Assembly (NCBI RefSeq): GCF_006345805.1
Contig: NW_021829437.1
Location: 1-5,962, forward strand
From: Octopus sinensis
Lineage: Eukaryota
DNA length: 5,962 nucleotides
Reading direction: 5' to 3'
Shown: positions 1-5,962 of the stretch, one piece after another
How the letters are laid out: every line of letters begins with the position of its first letter
Numbering within the stretch: position 1 is the stretch's first letter
Program-made: the position numbers and the translations under genes
Notes under the pieces: model-generated
What the model saw: only the letters and a program-made list of their open reading frames with translations
The model's database searches: none
Told to the model about the DNA's origin: nothing

Positions 1-262
1 TTTCATGTAAAAATAAAATTAACTATAATTATATAAAAAGATATATATATATTGACGAAAATAGGGAAAGGAAAAAAAAAACAAAATAATTTGTAACAAC
101 TTTTCATTGGATTGCTTTCGGTTCTAAATTGATAATTTAAAACCTTATAATTCTTTAATTAACTTGGATTTCAATTGAAATAACATTTCAATATTTGACA
201 GTCATTTTTTTTGCAATTGAAGATAACCAGCTACGTAGTCATATGTTTCTGTGTGAATTGGG

Positions 263-966
263 ATATATATATATATATGTACGTATTTATACATGCGTAT
301 ATGTATGTATGTATGTATGCATGTATGTATGTATGTATGTATGTATGTATGTATGTATGTATGTATGTATGTATGTATGTATGTATGTGTGTATGTATGT
401 ATGTATGTATGTATGTATGTATGCATGTATGTATGTATGTATGTATGTGTATATATATATATATATGTATATATGTAATGTATGTATGTGCGGAGGTAGG
501 CTTGATTATGTTTCTAAATATATTTTTCTACTTACGTAAGTACGTACGTATGTATGAGTGTATGTATGTATGTATGTATGTATGTATGTATGTATGTATG
601 TATGAATGTATCTGCGTACATACGTACGTATGCATGTATGTCTATATGTATATGTATGTATGTCTGTATATATGTATGTATGTTTGTATGTGTGTATGTT
701 TGTATGTATGTAAGTATGTATGTTTGTTTGTATGTGCGGAGGTTTGCTTGATTGTGTTTCTAAATATGCTTTTCTACGTACGTAAGTACGTATTATGTAT
801 GTATGTATGTATGTATGTGTATGTATGTATGTATGTATGTATGTATGTATGTATATATGTATGTACGTACGTATGTATGTATGTATATATGTATGTATGC
901 ATGTAGGCATGTATGTTTGTGCGTATGTATGTATGTATGTGCGTATGTAAGCATGTAAATATGTAA

Positions 967-998
<32 letters not shown>

Positions 999-1145
999 AT
1001 ATATGTACGTACATATTTGTATGTATTTTGCATGTATCTACCAGTGTACGTATTGTGTATATATGTACCTATGTACGAATGTATCTAGCTATATGTATAC
1101 GCATATATGCATGCAGGTACATATCGCCAGATGTACGTATGTATG
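263..1145. repeat. Compound (TA)n/(TATG)n microsatellite, increasingly degenerate toward the right
   Basis: Long TATG runs with TACG/TGTG/CATG variants, read directly; it produces the MYVC/HTYI artefact ORFs. Confidence 0.97.
488..792 (+). repeat. Two copies of a 59-bp non-microsatellite unit (488-546 and 734-792) inside the TATG array
   Basis: GTGCGGAGGTAGGCTTGATTATGTTTCTAAATATATTTTTCTACTTACGTAAGTACGTA vs GTGCGGAGGTTTGCTTGATTGTGTTTCTAAATATGCTTTTCTACGTACGTAAGTACGTA: 53/59 identical, ungapped, offset 246 bp. Confidence 0.93.
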
Positions 1146-1255
1146 TTTTCTTTTGCTCATTTTAATTTAGAGCTAATTTTAACCCATCTTCTGCTTATTA
1201 AGAAGGTTATAAAGGAAGACATGTTCTTTTTGCATCATTCTTACAAACCGGAAAT

Positions 1256-1432
1256 GCAGGGAGTTGGCAGAATCGTTAGCACCACGCCATCCAAAATGGT
1301 TTGTGGCATTCGAATTGCGCTGAGGTTGATAGTACCTTTCATTCTTTCGGGGTCGATACAATAAGTAGCAGCTGAAAATCGACTTACCCCTTTTCTAAAA
1401 TTGATGGGCTCGTGTCAAAATTTGAAACCAAT
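1256..1432 (+). mobile_element. Degenerate tRNA-derived SINE
   Basis: A-box-like TGGCAGAATCG (1265-1275), B-box-like ATTCGAATTGC (1308-1318), then CCTTTCATTCTTTCGGGGTCGATACAATAAGTAGCAG and AATCGACT. This matches an abundant octopus SINE as I recall it (unverified). Boundaries are approximate. Confidence 0.75.
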
Positions 1433-1536
1433 ATTTCTAAACTGTGTATCTGGTACAAGATTTGCAGCACTGAAAAGAAATCATGTAAGAGGCAGTCTTA
1501 TGTTGAAATCTCTTATGTCGAAATCGACAAAAGAAT

Positions 1537-1544
1537 CACACACA

Positions 1545-1582
<38 letters not shown>

Positions 1583-1655
1583 TTTCTCTCTCTCTCCTTC
1601 CTCTCTCTATCTATCTATCTATCTATCTATCTTCTCTCTCTCTCTCTTCTCTCTC

Positions 1656-1689
<34 letters not shown>

Positions 1690-1710
1690 TATATATATAA
1701 TATATATATA
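1537..1710. repeat. Compound (CA)n-(CT)n-(CTAT)n-(CT)n-(TA)n microsatellite
   Basis: Read directly. Confidence 0.96.
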
Positions 1711-1863
1711 AAATAAGTCCGAAAACTAATATCTGTGTGTTAGTGTGTCACACTTTGACACACCCACTCTCACTATTCATTGACACTTCTACTATAGCTC
1801 ATGCTGGGATGAGAGTAATACTAGGCATAGACACGGTGAGGGCGGTGGCGAAGACAGACAAAA

Positions 1864-2007
1864 GGGAGAGAGAGAGAAAAGAAAGTGAGAGAAAAAGACA
1901 AAAACATTTAGGGAGAGTTGATGTTTTTATTAAAGCTAATAGTGTTGATGGTGGCAGTGGGAGTTATAATAAGAGGGAGAGAGAAAAAGTATGTGAGAGA
2001 AAGAGGG
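1864..2007. repeat. Two GA-rich low-complexity patches
   Basis: GAGAGAGAGAGAAAAGAAAGTGAGAGAAAAAG near 1866-1897 and GAGGGAGAGAGAAAAAG...GAGAGAAAGAGGG near 1973-2008. Confidence 0.6.
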
Positions 2008-2063
2008 CCTGAACACCTGACTAACATACTGAACACAATTCTTTTACACACACATTTAGCCTT

Positions 2064-2312
2064 TTTGGTGGTTGTAATGGAGTGATAGTAATAGTATGAG
2101 CTGTAGTTGTGATAGAGGTGAAGGTGGGGATGATAATGGTGATCGTGGTAGCCGAGGCGGTCAGGGAATACGGTGAGAGTAAGTGATGTGTAAAACTGTG
2201 GTGATGGTGATGGAAGGGAAGGCTGCGAAGTCAAATGTATTGATGATGGTGGTATCAGAATTCTGAATGGTGTGTGTATTGCAGATGAGGTGGCGATGGT
2301 GGTGGTACTGTT
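2064..2312. repeat. Old degenerate (GGT/GAT/AGT)n trinucleotide low-complexity tract
   Basis: Recurrent GGTGATGGTGATGG, GATGATGGTGGT, GATAGTAATAGT; strong G/T skew on the + strand. Confidence 0.7.
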
Positions 2313-2484
2313 GTTCGGCAAATTATATCATTGTTTTGATGAAAATTGACCATTGCTTGAAAAATATTTTTCAAGTTTCATAAAATTTAATATGTACTTA
2401 ATGCATGAAATGTCGTTGCAAGGCCTAATGAAGAGACTTCCATAGGAGCTAGCTTTGGAGCCTGATAGGGTGGCTTTTAAGCTA

Positions 2485-2507
2485 GTATATATACATACAT
2501 ACATACA

Positions 2508-2560
<53 letters not shown>

Positions 2561-2729
2561 TAATGTAGTGTGTGTATATGTATATATATATGTGTGTGTG
2601 TATATATATATATATATAATATATATATATATCTATATATATGTATGTATATATATAATATAATATATATATATATATATATATGATATATATATATATA
2701 TATATACATACATATATACACACATATAT
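2485..2729. repeat. (TACA)n followed by a compound (TA)n/(TG)n microsatellite
   Basis: Read directly. Confidence 0.96.
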
Positions 2730-2897
2730 AAGTTCAATAATAATAAAAGGGTAAAATTAAATTAATTGCTGACGTAAAAAAAGTGTGTTCATCTGGAGAT
2801 CTTTTTGGTAGTGGAAAAGGCATTTAACTCTATTTCTAAATTCGGTGCGTGGCGAAGCAATTAGCTGACCCCTGATTATAATTGTTTATAATATAGA

Positions 2898-2934
2898 ATA
2901 TATATATATCTATATAATATATATATATATATAT
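2898..2934. repeat. Imperfect (TA)n microsatellite
   Basis: Read directly. Confidence 0.85.
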
Positions 2935-2967
2935 TAAAGATAAGTAAGAATGAAAATGCTACTTAGC

Positions 2968-2968
<1 letters not shown>

Positions 2969-3038
<70 letters not shown>

Positions 3039-3056
3039 TAGATAGATAGATAGATA
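2969..3056. repeat. (TAGA)n array abutting the 3' end of the LINE; (TCTA)n on the element strand
   Basis: Near-perfect TAGA run with one TATA interruption. Confidence 0.97.
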
Positions 3057-3157
3057 AGTTTCTTTATTGGCCACACAGGGCTGCACACGGATGGGACAAG
3101 TTACAAGGTAAGCTTTTTCTTTTGGGGGATGAAAAAAAGGGGGTGGCGTAGGTTTTT

Positions 3158-3339
3158 CGATCAAGAGGGATCGTAAAGGGAAGAAAAACAAAAAAAAGTG
3201 AAAAAAAATAATAGAATAAAAATAAAAAGAATAAAAGAAAAAAAAAGAAGGGAAAAGGAACAAAAGAAGAGGAATTAAAAAATAAACAGAGGGAAAAAAG
3301 GAAGAGGAAAAAAAAAAAAGAACGATCAATAGGGATCGT
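3158..3339. repeat. 17-bp direct repeat (3158-3174 and 3323-3339) flanking a 148-bp A/G-rich tract
   Basis: CGATCAAGAGGGATCGT vs CGATCAATAGGGATCGT (16/17); 3175-3322 is largely A and G. Confidence 0.85.
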
Positions 3340-3467
3340 GTATCACAGTAAGGTTTATCCGTGGGAAGAAAAGCCTACGAAAAAGACCACGGTAACCTTG
3401 GTCAATATTGTTATATGTTACCACATTTGTTTTGCAAGTGGGTACCCTCTTTTTTCAATTTCTGGGT

Positions 3468-3847
3468 TCATAGAGGATTGCTCAAGGTGGCTTCGTCATT
3501 CATACGTGCCATCCTTGCTACATTCACCCATCTTTTTTTTAAACATTCACTAGACAAAACTTGCCTCTCTACTCTCACTTTCCTTTCAAGTGGTACTTGA
3601 AGAAGTTGATGAGAGATTTGACCAGAGAGGAAAGTGTTTGTCTCCATCCTTTCAGACGCGTCCACCAGATACATTCTTTCGCCATAGCCACAAGGATGAT
3701 GAAAATAGCTCTTCCTTCCCGTTTGAAGGAAGGAGGCGTGACAATATTGACGATAGACTCAGCTGATAAACCGACTCGTCCCACACGTGACAGCAGTTGT
3801 TCGACATAAGCCCACAGGTCGGAAATTGTTGGACACTGCACGAGGAT
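3468..3847 (-). pseudogene. Frameshifted ORF2 C-terminal remnant of the LINE
   Basis: Reconstructed: ILVQCPTISDLWAYVEQLLSRVGRVGLSAESIVNIVTPPSFKREGRAIFIILVAMAKECIWWTRLKG/xETNTFLSGQ/SLINFFKYHLK/RKVRVERQVLSSECLKKRWVNVARMARMNDEATLSNPL*. It joins track ORFs 3575-4414(-) and 3468-3674(-) using three single-base shifts near 3646, 3618 and 3585. Confidence 0.78.
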
Positions 3848-3925
3848 AGAGATATAGATATAGATATAGATGTAGATATAGATATAGATATAGATGTAGA
3901 TATAGATATAGACAGACAGACAGAC

Positions 3926-3996
<71 letters not shown>

Positions 3997-3997
3997 G

Positions 3998-4029
<32 letters not shown>
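3845..4029. repeat. Compound (GATATA)n-(GACA)4-(GATA)n microsatellite at the LINE 5' junction
   Basis: Hexamers 3851-3910, GACA x4 at 3911-3926, GATA run 3927-4029. Confidence 0.96.
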
Positions 4030-4036
4030 CGTAACA

Positions 4037-4181
4037 GTGTGGTAAGAAACTTACTTCCCAATCACATGCATGCACGTTAAGTCCCACGGCGTTGTACCTT
4101 GAGCGAGTGTCTTCTACTATAGCCTCAGGCAGACCAAAGCCTTGTGAGTGGATATGGTAGACGGAAACTGAAAGAAGCCCG

Positions 4182-4235
<54 letters not shown>

Positions 4236-4356
4236 TGTGTGACTGTGTGTATGTTTGTGTTTGTCCCCCACCACACCTGCCATCGCTTGACAACCGATGC
4301 CGGTCCCCCATAAATTAGCGGATCGGCAAATGACTGAAACAAAAAATAAAAGAATA
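4037..4356 (+). mobile_element. tRNA-derived SINE with an internal (GT)n tract and an internal deletion
   Basis: Head GTGTGGTAAG...CAATCACATG...AGTCCCAC...ACCTTGAGCGAGTGTCTTCTACTATAGCCTC...AGACGGAAACTGAAAGAAGCCC, (GT)n 4183-4250, then TTTGTCCCCC...ATCGCTTGACAACCGATGC...TAGCGGATCGGCAAATGACTGAAAC. Homologous to the in-window copies at 4361-4621(-) and 4880-5040(+), and matches the major octopus SINE as recalled. Confidence 0.85.
4183..4250. repeat. (GT)n microsatellite within the SINE
   Basis: Read directly. Confidence 0.95.
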
Positions 4357-4360
4357 TATA

Positions 4361-4621
4361 TTCTTTTAATCTTTTTCCTGGTTGAGTCATCTGAGTGCGG
4401 CCATGCTGGACCACCGCCTTAAAGAGTTTTAATCGAAGAAATCGACTCAGGAGCCTGGTACTTATTCTATTGGTATCTTTTGCCGATCCGCTATGTTATG
4501 GGGACATAAATACACCAGCATCGGTTGTCAAGCGATGGCTGGTGGGGGGACAAACACATACACACATAGACACATGCACACACACACTCACACACACATG
4601 CACACACACTCCCGCACACAC
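4361..4621 (-). mobile_element. 3' half of the same SINE family in inverted orientation
   Basis: 4518-4539 is the exact reverse complement of 4279-4300 (22 bp) and 4479-4493 of 4316-4330 (15 bp). The (CA)-rich tract 4552-4621 mirrors the (GT)n. No head is seen beyond it. Confidence 0.87.
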
Positions 4622-4835
4622 ATGCTTTAATATGGCTGCAATCTTATTTTATCTTCTGTTCAATGTCTGGAAATCTTTCGTCGCACATCTGTGTTCTCTG
4701 CAGCACCTCTTCCATCCTCCGGTTCTGTTTAGTCCATTCTGTTTTGTCTATGATGTGTATCCTTATCTGCAAACGCGTTTGCGTCTGTAGCTGTGTATCA
4801 TATATATATGATGAACAGATAGATTTATTGAGTGA

Positions 4836-4878
4836 ATGATTGATTGATTTATTGATTGATTGACTGATTGATTGATTG
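4836..4878. repeat. (TTGA)n microsatellite, imperfect
   Basis: Read directly. Confidence 0.9.
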
Positions 4879-4879
4879 C

Positions 4880-5225
4880 TATGTTAGGATGGCCGAATGG
4901 TAATGAAGTTCGCTTCACAACCACATAGTAACTAGTTTGATGCCACTATGTTATCAGCGGTAAAATTCTTTTTCTATAGTCTTGGAACGACTCATACGTT
5001 GTGAATAAAACTGCACAGACGGAAACTCTATAGAAGCACTTCAGATGTTCGTATCTGTTCGTCAGTATTTCGAAATAGTACAGCCATGTCATATTCACCG
5101 TGTCACGCTGATTCAACCTGAGTATTGCGTTAACAGTACACGTGTCTCTGACATGTTGAACGATTTATGTTAATTCAGGAGTAGGTTGATCGAACAACTG
5201 AATCCTCACCACCGAACGACGGTGA
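4880..5225 (+). mobile_element. Older, diverged SINE sharing the head/core of the 4037 element but with a different 3' half
   Basis: Colinear anchors with the 4037 copy: CAACCACAT/CAATCACAT (offset 859), CTATAG (857), AGACGGAAACT (858). The 3' part (TGTCACGCTGA...GTACACGTGTCT...GTTGATCG...) resembles another octopus SINE tail from memory; the right boundary is uncertain. Confidence 0.65.
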
Positions 5226-5672
5226 TCCATCACCCTTACTGTCACGATACATAATTGCATACTTACGTACATACATTATGATTGCCTCATCTTGTCAGAC
5301 GAGAATCGTCTCATATTCAACCTGATTGTTGTGGTTTACTTTCATCCCTGCATGACCGCACTTATGACTATTCAGCCTCGCATCCATCGCCATAGGACTT
5401 TATGAAATACAGAAGGGAACGAGAAATTAAATGATTGTGAGACATTTGTAAGACATCGTATTTAAGTGATAAAATCTTGTACAACACTTCTGCTACTTTC
5501 TCGGTCACCATAGTAAGTTTAAGTGGCAAGCATTACAAGATGACTAGTACTATTTTATCTGCAAGTTTTATGCCAGGGTGTCTTTTCCTACAGCTTTTAC
5601 CATAGCTTTGCAAAAAAAAAGTACAGAGCTGCTTTACCCACAGCTTTGCAAAAACTACGGAAGCTACCAGTA

Positions 5673-5962
5673 CCCTTGGGAAATTTATTTAATCCATAGA
5701 TGGGACCTCGACGACTGCAAGAGTTGCAAGTTAGAATGGACCAGGGAATAATAAAAGGAATTATAAGAAACGACTCTGCGACTCCGCCACAACTCTATAG
5801 GATGGAACCTGTAGAGAGGAAATTTCGACAACAGGTTTGCATACACATTTGGTCGAAAGCTTTGGTGACATCTAGAGCAATAATTCCTTCATATCATGTT
5901 CTGAAAGTAAGGGTCAGTGAGGGATAACTCTGGAGTATGGACCCCATCGATTCTGTCCATAC
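5673..5962 (-). mobile_element. Decayed reverse transcriptase fragment of a CR1/Jockey-group LINE, continuing past the window edge
   Basis: The minus strand gives YEGIIALDVTKAFDQM (5893-5846), then after a 1-base shift YANLLSKFPLYRFHP (5843-5799). This fits the RT motif IALDISKAFDRVWHxxLLxKLPxYGF. Weaker traces follow downstream (ESFL, LAVVE, ISQG for VPQG at 5673-5684), with several frameshifts and stops. Confidence 0.8.

Larger units (their letters stand above)
3057..3847 (-). mobile_element. 5'-truncated L1/Tx1-clade-like non-LTR retrotransposon (ORF2 C-terminus plus about 410-bp 3' UTR)
   Basis: The minus strand encodes the end of a zf-RVT-like Cys/His region (xLVQCP...LW), an IWxxR motif and a KKRW near the C-terminus, as in Tx1/L1 ORF2 ends. 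TGA stop at 3468-3470. On the element strand AATAAA (TTTATT at 3063-3068) is followed by GAAACT and (TCTA)n. Clade assigned by motif recognition only. Confidence 0.8.

Noticed and set aside
488-792. Repeat-spacer-repeat as a CRISPR array
   Set aside because: Only two units, the spacer is microsatellite, there are no cas genes, and the context is eukaryotic.
195-1033. Track ORFs of 61-231 aa (MYVC/HTYI repeats)
   Set aside because: These are translations of (TATG)n, which has no stop codons in most frames.
1107-1364. 85-aa + ORF and 60-aa - ORF
   Set aside because: They overlap the SINE relic and show no recognisable domain.
1743-1763. Small hairpins (GTGTGTCA/TGACACAC here; also 3391-3422, 4797-4812, 5297-5311)
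   Set aside because: Short stems or low-complexity sequence, within chance expectation.
1786-1798. 13-mer CTTCTACTATAGC identical to SINE 4111-4123
   Set aside because: Similarity does not extend into either flank.
1401-2012. ORFs with SLSL/LSIY/ERER runs
   Set aside because: Driven by CT, CTAT and GA low-complexity sequence.
1908-2321. 137-aa Thr/Ser/Pro/His-rich minus-strand ORF
   Set aside because: Explained by the degenerate GGT/GAT tract; no domain or convincing splice context.
290-2545. (TATG)n and (CATA)n arrays as a long inverted repeat or MITE ends
   Set aside because: Complementary microsatellites are expected by chance at this density; no unique TIR or TSD.
4037-4110. SINE heads (also 1256-1320 and 4880-4950) as tRNA genes
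   Set aside because: A/B boxes are degenerate, I could not fold a cloverleaf, and each continues into SINE body.
3575-4414. 279-aa minus-strand ORF as a real gene
   Set aside because: A chance read-through of SINE, (CA)n and (TCTA)n sequence; only the last roughly 90 codons are LINE-derived.
4395-4790. 131-aa + ORF
   Set aside because: Runs through the inverted SINE and its CA tract.
5111-5325. 11-mer ATTCAACCTGA at 5111 and 5315 as a TSD
   Set aside because: The first copy is internal to the presumed SINE body and the pair brackets no coherent element.
5530-5565. Minus-strand LADKIVL as the RT YADD motif
   Set aside because: Too degenerate, with no continuous homology linking it to the fragment at 5673-5962.

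Overview
Non-coding, AT-rich, repeat-saturated eukaryotic DNA with no intact host gene, RNA gene or CRISPR array. The SINE sequences and the dense TATG/GATA/CA/CT microsatellites resemble what I recall of octopus (coleoid cephalopod) genomes; this taxon call is from memory and unverified. Nearly all ORFs in the track are microsatellite artefacts. Recognisable elements: (1) a 5'-truncated, frameshifted L1/Tx1-like LINE on the minus strand (about 3057-3847), with the ORF2 C-terminus, a 3' UTR and AATAAA, bounded on both sides by GATA-type arrays; (2) four tRNA-type SINE relics, two of which form a tail-to-tail inverted pair around a 22-bp palindrome (4037-4621); (3) a decayed CR1/Jockey-group reverse transcriptase fragment on the minus strand at the right edge (about 5673-5962). 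The best lead is a possible (GATA)n-targeting Tx1-like retrotransposon.
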